Positions 1 through 9,546 of a stretch of 47,030 nt of DNA are shown here, piece after piece. The stretch lies in assembly GCA_015663245.1 (NCBI GenBank), contig DQSN01000025.1, positions 1 to 47,030 of the forward strand, written 5' to 3'. The position numbers and the translations under genes were made by a program. The first letter of the stretch is position 1. Every line of letters starts with the position of its first letter. This DNA comes from Leucothrix mucor (lineage in GTDB: Bacteria > Pseudomonadota > Gammaproteobacteria > Thiotrichales > Thiotrichaceae). Under the pieces are notes generated by a model. The model did not search any database, was not told the origin of the DNA, and worked only from the letters and a program-made list of their open reading frames with translations.

Positions 1-95
1 GAAAATGGTTGTTCCCTTTAACGAATTTGACCATAAAACAGGTGCAATCAGGCGAATTTGCAGTAGCTTATTCCATTCTCGGACAGCCTCCTAGC
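1..95 (+). repeat. R1 repeat, copy a (cut by window edge)
   Basis: Ungapped alignment of 1-91 with 17191-17281 gives 72/91 identical bases in the same orientation. Frame 2 stays open to TAG at 92-94 (..MVVPFNEFDHKTGAIRRICSSLFHSRTAS*), so this could also be the 3' end of a + strand gene lying left of the window. Confidence 0.8.
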
Positions 96-120
96 AGTTT
101 AAAATAATTTATCCACAATA

Positions 121-148
121 AAAAAGGCCGCTAAAAGCGGCCTTTTTT
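121..148. terminator. Bidirectional rho-independent terminator
   Basis: A5 - ggccgc (126-131) - taaaa loop - gcggcc (137-142) - T6. It sits 19 nt downstream of the stop of the minus-strand CDS 167-1561. Confidence 0.8.
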
Positions 149-166
149 ATTGTATATAACTAATTG

Positions 167-1561
167 TTACATTATGCCAAGCTTCTCAAGAACTTGAATA
201 GTAAGACCACCTGTTGGTAATCCTTTTTCTCTTTGATATTTTTCAACAGCTTTTAATGTTCCACCACCGATGCTTCCATCAACAGGACCGTTATAAACAC
301 CAGCATCTTTAAGAGCTTGTTGGATACGCTTATTTACATCAGCATTCATATTTGTCTGACATAAAATACGACGCCACTCTAAACGCTCTTTTGAAGTTTT
401 CTTACGCTTTTCAATAGTGCTATAAACAGCTGCAATTTTTGTACGACGTTCTTCAGCTTCTGTCGCCACCTTTTTAACTTTAATAGTCTTATAAATAGCT
501 GGAATAACTTCTTCTTTAACTGTTGCTGCTGTTGCTACTACAAGCTTCTTAACAACTGTCTTTTGTGCTGGAACATTTTTCAGACAGATCTGATTACCTG
601 TAGCAACACCATCACCACCAACTTTTGCTCCACGCCAGATAAATTTAGCATCTTCAATTTTTGATGTGATTCCAATCTTCTTATAAACAGCAGGCACTTT
701 AACTTTATCTGCTGCCGCATCACTCACAAGCTTGCTAACAGCAACAACTTTAGTAATTGCTGCAATTTCAACACTCTCAATTTTCGAAGGTACTTTAAGC
801 ACAGTTTTCTTAATGATTTTATATTTAGCAGGAATCTGCACTAAACACATAATATCGCCAGTGCTGTTGTCAATACGAGAAATAGGGCCTGATCCTTTTT
901 TCCACACTGCCTTAGCTGGCTCAATTTCTATCTTCTCTTCAACTGTTTCATACTCAGCTTTTATTAAAACCTTCTTTTTAGAAGATTCTTTGATAGTTAC
1001 AACTTCGTCTACTTTATCAAACTGAGCAGGAGTAATTTTAATATCTTCAGCTTCTTCTTTGACGAGTACTTCTTTTTCTTTAGTTGCAAATGTTGCAGGA
1101 ACATAGAACTCTGCAAAACATTGGTTAACTTCAGAGTCGTCGATATTAATACCATTCGTTTTAGCCGCCGCTAAAAGTGCAGGACTTGCTGGAATGCCTC
1201 TTTTTCCTAGGCGTGTAACCCACTCGTTTCGGGCAGGAGAAGTTTCAATTTCTTCACTTTCTGTTTTATAAACAGCAGGAACAGCCACTAATTTTTTAGC
1301 GGCTTCTTTGATAAGTACTTGCTTCTCTTGAACATCATAAGTTGCTGGAATAATTTCAACTGTCTCATATTCTGGCTTAACTAGGACTTTCTCAGGATTT
1401 ACTTCAAATTGTGCAGGAATAATGACTTTCGCATAACATTCACCTGGTTTAGCATCAGGTAAAGTAGCAGTCGCATCAACTCTACCCTCATCAGCAGCCA
1501 TACCCATAACAGGTATTAGTAACGATAGTAATGCAACTGAAGCATGACGTTTAATCAGCAT
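167..1561 (-). CDS. Secreted repeat-module protein with C-terminal peptidoglycan-binding (PG_binding_1-like) domain
   Basis: 464 aa. N-terminal signal peptide (MLIKRHASVALLSLLIPVMGMA/ADEG). Four internal modules each open with Cys and close with Trp and are rich in PAxY/KxVL motifs. The C-terminus NKRIQQALKDAGVYNGPVDGSIGGGTLKAVEKYQREKGLPTGGLT matches the PG_binding_1 pattern. Confidence 0.8.
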   Translation of the reverse strand: MLIKRHASVALLSLLIPVMGMAADEGRVDATATLPDAKPGECYAKVIIPAQFEVNPEKVLVKPEYETVEIIPATYDVQEKQVLIKEAAKKLVAVPAVYKTESEEIETSPARNEWVTRLGKRGIPASPALLAAAKTNGINIDDSEVNQCFAEFYVPATFATKEKEVLVKEEAEDIKITPAQFDKVDEVVTIKESSKKKVLIKAEYETVEEKIEIEPAKAVWKKGSGPISRIDNSTGDIMCLVQIPAKYKIIKKTVLKVPSKIESVEIAAITKVVAVSKLVSDAAADKVKVPAVYKKIGITSKIEDAKFIWRGAKVGGDGVATGNQICLKNVPAQKTVVKKLVVATAATVKEEVIPAIYKTIKVKKVATEAEERRTKIAAVYSTIEKRKKTSKERLEWRRILCQTNMNADVNKRIQQALKDAGVYNGPVDGSIGGGTLKAVEKYQREKGLPTGGLTIQVLEKLGIM

Positions 1562-1945
1562 TTGGAAACTCCTAAATTTATTATTAACTTTTGTGTTTAT
1601 TAATGTAATATTTTTTATAAATCATCCACAACAGCAGATGATTTATTTGTAAAACTTATGCCAGTATAGATAGTGGAAGATATACATGCAAAGCAGGTGA
1701 TTAATATTTTGGACATAAGGATAGTGCATATACGACCAATGGGCAACCTCACTACTACAAGCAAACATATACCCGACAAGCGGATAAAAACCACTTATAT
1801 CAAAAACATCTAACTTTCAAGACTAAAAAAATAGTTTTATGTATGTTTATTATGAAATTACAAGTAACTCTTAATGGTTACTATTGAGTAGTGTAGTGAC
1901 TTTTTCCACAGTAGTGGATAATAAAAAAGTCTAATGTTTTTTAGT

Positions 1946-3406
1946 TTATTTAAAAACTGCATTCACCGAAGCAACACAAACAGACATCAAAAAGCCTGGT
2001 AATATTCCCAAGCCTAGTACCGCCAAACCATTAATACTGAGCAAAGTGCTAAACTCAAAACTTGCTTTGGCAGGTGTAACATCCTTATCTGCTTCATCAA
2101 AAAACATAATTTTAATTGCACGCAAATAATAATATGCGCCAATTACTGACATCACGACAGCAAACACTGCCAACCAAACTATGTCAGCACCAACAACCGC
2201 TTGTATGACAGCCAGCTTGGCATAAAATCCTACTGTTGGAGGCATTCCTGCCATTGAGAAAAGAAACAGTAGCATCATCAATGCAACCCAAGGATGACGA
2301 GAGCCTAAGCCCTTCAAGTCTGCCAATTCATCTGCTTCAGAATCTTTATTGCTCAAAAAGATAATAACCGCAAAGCCACCCATTGAAATAATCGCATAAG
2401 TAATAACGTAGAACATAGAGGCGGCATAGCCTGCCTCAGTGGCTGCCAGAATTCCCATCACTACGAACCCCATATGGGAGATGGTAGAATAAGCTAACAT
2501 ACGCTTTAAATTAGTCTGCGCTATCGCGATAACATTACCAACAAATAATGATAAGGCGGCTAAGAGGATCAATATTTGCTGCCATCCTACAACCATATCA
2601 CCCAAGCCTTCCGCGAGTAGGCGAAAGACCATCGCAAATACTGCAATTTTAGGGGCTGCTCCCAAGAACATTGTAACTGCTGTTGGAGCACCATGATAAA
2701 CATCGGGTATCCACATATGAAAGGGTACAACACCAAGTTTGAAGCCTAAACCTACTAAAATAAAGGATAAGCCTAGTAGCAAGCCTAAGTTAGACATAAT
2801 TGCATCTTGTCCTGATAGGTATGAGGCAATATGTGTCAGGTTCAAACTTCCACTTAAACCATAAATAATAGACATACCATAGAGCAACATACCTGACGCA
2901 ATAGCGCCCAGTACGAAGTATTTCATTGCTGCTTCTGCCGCTTTACTATCATCACGCCGAAAAGCAACCATCGCGTAAAGTGATAATGACAATAACTCTA
3001 GCCCCAAATAAATCAAGAGCATTGTCTTCGCTGAAACCATTACCATCATGCCCAACACAGCGAACAAACCTAATGTAAATAATTCGCCTTTGTACATGTC
3101 CCGATCTTTTAAATAAGGACGAGAATACGCAAATACAGCCATCGTAATTAGAAGTATGGATATTTTCAGAACACGAGCGACAGGATCTGCAACAAACATA
3201 TCATTAAATATGCTTACTACTGTTGTGCTATCTGTAGCGCTATAAACCAACCATGCCGTAAACAATAAGCTCGCCTGCGCTGCTATATAAGTAATGTAAC
3301 GCTGATAATCTTTAACAAACAGATCAAGCATTAAGACTGCGCAAGTCGCTATCAACAAAAACATTTCTGGATAGGCTGGAGCAATTTCTAATAAATATTC
3401 TGACAT
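1946..3406 (-). CDS. nuoN: NADH-quinone oxidoreductase subunit N
   Basis: 486-aa polytopic antiporter-like protein (..PFHMWIPDVYHGAPT..). It is the last gene of the collinear nuoA-N cluster. Confidence 0.95.
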   Translation of the reverse strand: MSEYLLEIAPAYPEMFLLIATCAVLMLDLFVKDYQRYITYIAAQASLLFTAWLVYSATDSTTVVSIFNDMFVADPVARVLKISILLITMAVFAYSRPYLKDRDMYKGELFTLGLFAVLGMMVMVSAKTMLLIYLGLELLSLSLYAMVAFRRDDSKAAEAAMKYFVLGAIASGMLLYGMSIIYGLSGSLNLTHIASYLSGQDAIMSNLGLLLGLSFILVGLGFKLGVVPFHMWIPDVYHGAPTAVTMFLGAAPKIAVFAMVFRLLAEGLGDMVVGWQQILILLAALSLFVGNVIAIAQTNLKRMLAYSTISHMGFVVMGILAATEAGYAASMFYVITYAIISMGGFAVIIFLSNKDSEADELADLKGLGSRHPWVALMMLLFLFSMAGMPPTVGFYAKLAVIQAVVGADIVWLAVFAVVMSVIGAYYYLRAIKIMFFDEADKDVTPAKASFEFSTLLSINGLAVLGLGILPGFLMSVCVASVNAVFK

Positions 3407-3414
3407 TTCTAGTC

Positions 3415-4929
3415 CTATTGCGTCGGCAGCTTAGAGCTGGTTGCTTGCTGAATAATATGATCGATTGTATCTGTCATAACATGAGTTAAAGGGTCTGGCC
3501 ATAAGCCTAACACCAGCACTGCGATGGCAAGAACGCCTAGCATAAAGAATTCACGTGCATTAACATCTTTTAGAGCACCCACTTCATTATTTGCTACCTC
3601 ACCTAAAATCACACGTTTAACCAGCCACAACGTATAACCAGCACCAACAATTAAAGTGGTCGCAGCAAGGAAGGCTATCCAAAAATTAGCTTTGAAACTT
3701 GCTAATATAATCATGAACTCACCAACAAAACCTGATGTACCTGGTAAGCCTGTGTTTGCCATTGCAAAGAAGATAAATAAAGCACCAAAAACAGGCATAC
3801 GATTGATTACACCACCATAGGCTGATATTTCTCGTGTATGCATGCGGTCATATAGTACCCCTATACTGAGGAACATCGCACCTGAAATAAATCCATGGGA
3901 AATCATTTGCACCATGCTTCCCTGCACCGCTAAGGCAGAGCCATTAGCTGACCCTGTATTGGCAATAATAGGGTACATAAGGAAAAGACCTAGGGTAACA
4001 AAGCCCATATGCGCGATGGATGAGTACGCTACCAGCTTTTTCATATCAGACTGCACTAAAGCAATAAAGCCAATATACACAATGGCAACTAAAGACATAA
4101 AAATAACGAGCCATGAAAGCTCGGCTGACGCATCTGGCACCATCGGTAAAGTAAAACGCAAAAAGCCGTAGCCACCGATTTTCAACATGATGGCTGCTAA
4201 CACAACCGAACCACCTGTGGGTGCTTGTACGTGCGCATCAGGTAACCAAGTATGCACAGGCCACATTGGAATTTTGACGCCAAAGGCAATAAGAAAAGAC
4301 AGGAAGATCAATATCTGCGCTGTCATTCCAAGCTCTAAATTATGTAAATCTGCAATTGCAAAACTATTGCCTTCTGAATACATATACACAAGGCTAATCA
4401 GCATAAATACCGAACCGAAGAATGTATAGAGGAAGAATTTCATCGTGGCATAAACACGATTAGCACCACCCCAAATACCGATAACGATAAACATGGGGAT
4501 TAACATTGCTTCAAAGAACACGTAAAACAAAATAGCATCTTGTGCCGCAAACACACCGTTGATAATACCTTCCATAATCAAGAAGGCTGCCATGTACTGC
4601 CCTGCTTTATGTTGAATAACTTGCCAGCCAGCAATAACAATTAACACTGTTGTAAAGGTATTCAATAATATCAATGGCATTGCAATACCATCTACACCTA
4701 AGTGATAGTTGATATTAAAAGTATCAATCCACGGCAATAGCTCTACAAATTGCATTGCAAAACCATTGGGGTCAAACTCTGTCCACAGAGGAATGCTTAA
4801 AGCAAATGTTAGTCCACTAACGATAAGTGCTACTGGACGAGCTAAAAAGCGTTCATTAACCAATAAGGTGATTATTCCACCTAAAATAGGTAGCCACACT
4901 AATACACTGAGCAAATATCCATCAAACAT
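3415..4929 (-). CDS. nuoM: NADH-quinone oxidoreductase subunit M
   Basis: 504-aa antiporter-like subunit (..PMWPVHTWLPDAHVQAPTGGSVVLA..). It overlaps nuoL by 8 nt. Confidence 0.95.
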   Translation of the reverse strand: MFDGYLLSVLVWLPILGGIITLLVNERFLARPVALIVSGLTFALSIPLWTEFDPNGFAMQFVELLPWIDTFNINYHLGVDGIAMPLILLNTFTTVLIVIAGWQVIQHKAGQYMAAFLIMEGIINGVFAAQDAILFYVFFEAMLIPMFIVIGIWGGANRVYATMKFFLYTFFGSVFMLISLVYMYSEGNSFAIADLHNLELGMTAQILIFLSFLIAFGVKIPMWPVHTWLPDAHVQAPTGGSVVLAAIMLKIGGYGFLRFTLPMVPDASAELSWLVIFMSLVAIVYIGFIALVQSDMKKLVAYSSIAHMGFVTLGLFLMYPIIANTGSANGSALAVQGSMVQMISHGFISGAMFLSIGVLYDRMHTREISAYGGVINRMPVFGALFIFFAMANTGLPGTSGFVGEFMIILASFKANFWIAFLAATTLIVGAGYTLWLVKRVILGEVANNEVGALKDVNAREFFMLGVLAIAVLVLGLWPDPLTHVMTDTIDHIIQQATSSKLPTQ

Positions 4930-6922
4930 ACTTCACCCCAAATATCAGCCAACTAATAATTGCTAAAACACCAATAATCATAGAGAAAGCATAATGGTAT
5001 AAGTAACCTGTTTGTATATGGCGAATGATTCCTGAGAACCAACCAACCACTTTAGCAGACCCATTAACCACTAAGGTATCAATTAAGAAACGATCCCCCG
5101 CTGCCCATAACCCTTTACCAAGAGCCAATGCACCACCTGCAAATACTATCTGATTAAAATCATCGACAAAATACTTTCTATCCAACAAGGTATGTAGCCA
5201 ACGGAATTTATCGTAACCCCATTGGGCAATAGCAGGCTTCTTCAGATAAATATACCAAGCACTAATTAAACCTCCCATTGCTAACCAGAATGGAGGAGCC
5301 ATTAAGCCATGCAGTAAAAACGCCCAAACACCATGATAATTAGCTGATAGCTCAGCAATAACAGGATGTGACTCACTGGTGTAAATTACACCTTCAAAGA
5401 AGTTTCCTACTACCATTGGATATACTAAGTAACCTGAAATAACAGCAGGTATGGCTAGTGCAACTAAGGGGATAGTTACTGTTAGCGGCGATTCATGCAA
5501 ATGAGATTTAGTGTGCTCATCCATACGTTCCTCTCCATGGAATACCAAGAAGAACATTCTGAAACTATAAAATGCGGTAACAAAGACACCCATTAACACC
5601 ATCACATAGGCAAAGCCTGCCGCCGATAGGTCTGAGCCATGTACAGCTTCGATAATCATATCTTTGGAGAAGAACCCCGAGAAGAAAGGGAATCCGATCA
5701 GTGCTAAGGAGCCTATCAATGATGTCCAATAAGTTATGGGCATATACTTCTTTAAACCACCCATTTTACGAATATCTTGCTCATGGTGCATCGCCATAAT
5801 AACCGAACCTGCCGCCAAGAATAATAAGGCTTTAAAGAAGGCATGCGTCATCAAGTGAAACACACCTGCACTATAAGCAGATGCGCCCAATGCTACTGTC
5901 ATATAACCTAATTGGGACAGTGTTGAATAAGCAACAACACGCTTGATGTCGTTTTGAACGATACCAATTAAGCCCATAAAGAAAGCTGTAATAGAGCCAA
6001 TAATCAAAATAAAGTTTAGTGCAACATCGGATAACTCAAAGATAGGTGACATACGCGATACCATAAAGATACCTGCTGTTACCATTGTTGCCGCATGGAT
6101 TAATGCTGAAATAGGTGTAGGGCCTTCCATTGAGTCAGGCAGCCAAACATGTAACGGTACTTGCGCTGATTTACCCATCGCGCCGATAAAGAGTAATATC
6201 GCGGCTACCGTCATTAACGACCATTCCTGACCAGGAATGATAGAGATAGTTAGCTCAGATATTTCAGGTAGTTTTGCAAATACTTCTTTGTAATCCAAAG
6301 ATCCTGTATAAGCAAAAATAGCGCCTATGCCAAGCAGAAAGCCAAAGTCACCGACTCGATTAACTAAAAATGCTTTCATATTGGCAAAAATAGCAGTCTC
6401 TCTGGTTGACCAAAAGCCAATCAATAGATATGACACTAAACCTACAGCTTCCCAGCCAAAGAATAACTGCATAAAGTTATTCGACATGACCAAAATAAGC
6501 ATCGAGAAAGTAAACAACGATATATAACTAAAGAAACGCTGATAGCTATTATCTCCTGCCCTACTTGATTTAGGCCAGTTATGCTCATCATCTGCCATAT
6601 AAGCAATAGTATAAATATGCACCATCAAGGAAACGAACGTCACTACAACCATCATCATAGCTGTAAGATTATCAATCAGAAAACCAACTTCAAATTTTAC
6701 ACCTTCGACCACCATCCAAGTGTAAACAGAGCCATTATAACTATTACCATCAAATGCGATGTGCTTAAGCACTACAAATGATAAAACACAGGCAGTACCA
6801 ACGCCAAGCAAGGTAACAATATGAGCACCCTTACGCCCTATTTTACTACCAAAAAAACCTGCAATAACTGAGCCAAGTAGCGCAGCAAGCGGAATAGCTA
6901 AATAAATAGATTCCATCGTCAT
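4922..6922 (-). CDS. nuoL: NADH-quinone oxidoreductase subunit L
   Basis: 666-aa antiporter-like subunit (..AQVPLHVWLPDSMEGPTPISALIHAATMVTAG..). Its position in the operon fits. Confidence 0.95.
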   Translation of the reverse strand: MTMESIYLAIPLAALLGSVIAGFFGSKIGRKGAHIVTLLGVGTACVLSFVVLKHIAFDGNSYNGSVYTWMVVEGVKFEVGFLIDNLTAMMMVVVTFVSLMVHIYTIAYMADDEHNWPKSSRAGDNSYQRFFSYISLFTFSMLILVMSNNFMQLFFGWEAVGLVSYLLIGFWSTRETAIFANMKAFLVNRVGDFGFLLGIGAIFAYTGSLDYKEVFAKLPEISELTISIIPGQEWSLMTVAAILLFIGAMGKSAQVPLHVWLPDSMEGPTPISALIHAATMVTAGIFMVSRMSPIFELSDVALNFILIIGSITAFFMGLIGIVQNDIKRVVAYSTLSQLGYMTVALGASAYSAGVFHLMTHAFFKALLFLAAGSVIMAMHHEQDIRKMGGLKKYMPITYWTSLIGSLALIGFPFFSGFFSKDMIIEAVHGSDLSAAGFAYVMVLMGVFVTAFYSFRMFFLVFHGEERMDEHTKSHLHESPLTVTIPLVALAIPAVISGYLVYPMVVGNFFEGVIYTSESHPVIAELSANYHGVWAFLLHGLMAPPFWLAMGGLISAWYIYLKKPAIAQWGYDKFRWLHTLLDRKYFVDDFNQIVFAGGALALGKGLWAAGDRFLIDTLVVNGSAKVVGWFSGIIRHIQTGYLYHYAFSMIIGVLAIISWLIFGVKYV

Positions 6923-6927
6923 GCCTA

Positions 6928-7233
6928 TTACCCCTTCATCTGATCAAGTTCTTGCACATTGATCGTGCGACGGTTTCTAAACACAACCACTAAAATAGCC
7001 AAGCCTATAGCTGCTTCAGCCGCAGCAACCGTTAGGATAAAGAAGACAAACACTTGCCCTGCCATATCACCTAAATAATGGGAGAATGCAATAAAGTTGA
7101 TATTGACGGCTAAGAGCATCAGCTCAATACACATCAACAAAATAATCATATTCTTACGATTAAGGAATATCCCCGCTATGCTAATAGAAAATAGCAAGGC
7201 TCCCAATATGAGAAAATGCGATAATGGAATCAT
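6928..7233 (-). CDS. nuoK: NADH-quinone oxidoreductase subunit K
   Basis: 101 aa with 3 TM helices (..[19 protein letters not shown]..). It lies between nuoJ and nuoL. Confidence 0.95.
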   Translation of the reverse strand: MIPLSHFLILGALLFSISIAGIFLNRKNMIILLMCIELMLLAVNINFIAFSHYLGDMAGQVFVFFILTVAAAEAAIGLAILVVVFRNRRTINVQELDQMKG

Positions 7234-7833
7234 TTATTGCTTCTCCTCTGATTTCATTTTTACAATACGTAAACGATCTTTACTTTTCACACGTACTTGT
7301 TCGGAAGGATTTTGGCGTTTCGTATTATCGTTGCGCTTACGCATCGTTAGAGAAATTGCAGCTATAATCGCAACTACCAAAATAACAGCAGCTAGTTCAA
7401 AGGGGTAAACATATTCTGTATATAATATTTCACCCAAAGCTTCTGTATTACTATGACTAAGCGGCATCGGCTCAGGAATTGCCATATTGAAGGTATCCGA
7501 ACTCAATACCATAATTATTTCGGCAGCAACAACAACTGCAACCAATATACCTACAGGCAAATAGCGGATAAACCCTTCACGCAGCGGATCAATATTAATA
7601 TCTAACATCATAATAACAAACAAAAATAGCACCATAACCGCGCCAACATAAACCAACACTAAGACAACGCCTAAAAACTCAGCTTCTAGGAGGATCCATG
7701 TCGCAGCACTAGTGAAAAAAGCTAATATGAGAAACAGTGCCGCGTACACAGGGTTACGCACGGTAACAACACCCACTGCGGATGCGACCGTTACTGTTGC
7801 AAATATATAGAAGATGAATTGCTCAAATGTCAT
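7234..7833 (-). CDS. nuoJ: NADH-quinone oxidoreductase subunit J
   Basis: 199-aa membrane subunit, abutting nuoK with no gap. Operon order supports the call. Confidence 0.9.
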   Translation of the reverse strand: MTFEQFIFYIFATVTVASAVGVVTVRNPVYAALFLILAFFTSAATWILLEAEFLGVVLVLVYVGAVMVLFLFVIMMLDINIDPLREGFIRYLPVGILVAVVVAAEIIMVLSSDTFNMAIPEPMPLSHSNTEALGEILYTEYVYPFELAAVILVVAIIAAISLTMRKRNDNTKRQNPSEQVRVKSKDRLRIVKMKSEEKQ

Positions 7834-7905
7834 TTAATTAAATACCTCTGATGTCAAACTATCGTTAACTGTTAAAGACGGGCTTTATCTACATTCTTTT
7901 AAAGT

Positions 7906-8397
7906 CTAACGATAAGGTGCATCTGCTGCTCTATGTTGTGCGATATCCGCCTCGTGCTTATCACCAAAGGCTAATAACTTCTCTTTTGTCATGATGTGCT
8001 CGCCACGTTCTTCAAAGTGGTACTCAAAAATTTGTGTTTCCACAATAGCGTCTACAGGACAAGCTTCTTCGCAAAAGCCACAGTAAATACACTTAAACAT
8101 ATCAATATCGTACTTTGTCGTGCGGCGCGTACCATCTGCTCGTTCTTCTAGTTCAATATCTATCGCTAATGCAGGACAAACAGCTTCACATAATTTACAT
8201 GCGATACACCGCTCTTCTCCATTGGGATAACGACGCAAAGCATGATGACCACGAAATCGAGGTGATATAGGCGTTTTTTGCTCAGGATACTGAACTGTAA
8301 TTTTCTTAGCAAAGAAATACTTACCAGTAATACTCAGCCCCTGTAACAACTCAAAAAGTGTAAATGTTTTTACAAAGTGTTTAATTGATGCAAGCAT
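7906..8397 (-). CDS. nuoI: NADH-quinone oxidoreductase subunit I
   Basis: 163 aa with two 4Fe-4S ferredoxin motifs ([12 protein letters not shown] and [12 protein letters not shown]). Confidence 0.95.
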   Translation of the reverse strand: MLASIKHFVKTFTLFELLQGLSITGKYFFAKKITVQYPEQKTPISPRFRGHHALRRYPNGEERCIACKLCEAVCPALAIDIELEERADGTRRTTKYDIDMFKCIYCGFCEEACPVDAIVETQIFEYHFEERGEHIMTKEKLLAFGDKHEADIAQHRAADAPYR

Positions 8398-9462
8398 TTA
8401 TATAATCCCCTCTAACTTAAGACCCTTGTAAATACCAATACCAAATATCCAAACTAATGTAACAGGAATTAAAATTTTCCAGCCTAAACGCATAATCTGA
8501 TCATAACGGTAACGTGGGAAAGTTGCTCTAAACCATAAATATAAGAATAGGAAAATAAGCGACTTGAATATCAACCAGTGGAAACCACTCCCTAAAATTG
8601 AGCCAATAACAGGGATAGCCAACAAACCTTCAAAGCTTTCAAATGGCGACAACCAGCCACCTAAGAATAATAAGGCGGTTAATACAGAAATAAGTAGCAT
8701 GCTGGCATATTCAGCCAAAAAGAACAGTGCAAAAGCCATGCCTGAATATTCGACATGGAAACCTGCGACAATTTCCGACTCACCTTCAGCAACATCAAAA
8801 GGTGCTCGATTTGTTTCTGCCACACCTGAGATAAAGTAGACAACCAACAAACCAAATAATGGCCACATAAACCAGTTTTGAATACCACCTGACTGAGCTT
8901 TAACAATCTCCGATAAATTCAAACTACCTGCTAGCATCAAAACACCAACCAGCGCAAAACCCATTGCTATCTCATACGCAACCATCTGCGCACCCACTCG
9001 CATCGAGCTTAAAATTGCATACTTCGAGTTGGAAGCCCAACCCGCCAAAATAAGTCCAAACACATCTAAAGAGGTAATCGCAAGGAGGAACAACAAACCT
9101 GCATTAACATCAGCTAGCACGCCACCATCGAAGAAAGGAATAACAGACCAAGCAACTAGAGCAGGAGCAAGCGCAAGCACAGGCGCAATAAAGAAAACCG
9201 CCTTACTTGATTTTGCAGGTGTGATAATCTCCTTAAACATGAGCTTCACAACATCGGCAATCGGCTGCAACCACCCTTTCGGACCTACGCGATTTGGCCC
9301 ACAGCGAACCTGCATATAACCAATGACTTTACGCTCGGCAAAAGTTGTATAGGCGACCGCTAGTATCAGTGGCAACAAAATAGCAACGATCTTTAATAAG
9401 ATCACCACCACGGTTTGCACACCGCTTGGTAAGCCTTCCCAAATTGCGATTAAACTATCCAA
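8398..9462 (-). CDS. nuoH: NADH-quinone oxidoreductase subunit H
   Basis: 354-aa membrane protein (..[30 protein letters not shown]..). The first codon in the track is TTG (rc of 9460-9462), so the exact start is uncertain. Confidence 0.92.
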   Translation of the reverse strand: MDSLIAIWEGLPSGVQTVVVILLKIVAILLPLILAVAYTTFAERKVIGYMQVRCGPNRVGPKGWLQPIADVVKLMFKEIITPAKSSKAVFFIAPVLALAPALVAWSVIPFFDGGVLADVNAGLLFLLAITSLDVFGLILAGWASNSKYAILSSMRVGAQMVAYEIAMGFALVGVLMLAGSLNLSEIVKAQSGGIQNWFMWPLFGLLVVYFISGVAETNRAPFDVAEGESEIVAGFHVEYSGMAFALFFLAEYASMLLISVLTALLFLGGWLSPFESFEGLLAIPVIGSILGSGFHWLIFKSLIFLFLYLWFRATFPRYRYDQIMRLGWKILIPVTLVWIFGIGIYKGLKLEGII

Positions 9463-9546
9463 AATATATAACTCTCTATAAGTATGTGATCATAAGATCA
9501 TTAACTACGCGATAAACTTTATTCTCATTTCTTGATGACTATCTAC

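Noticed and set aside
1660-1760. A cluster of GGA-containing motifs (gtggaag, ttggaca, aaggata) with small hairpins in the nuoN to PG-binding-protein spacer, reminiscent of CsrB/RsmY-type sRNAs.
   Set aside because: There are only 3-4 motifs, the stems are weak 5-bp AT-rich helices, and no promoter or terminator can be assigned. That is too little to support an sRNA call.
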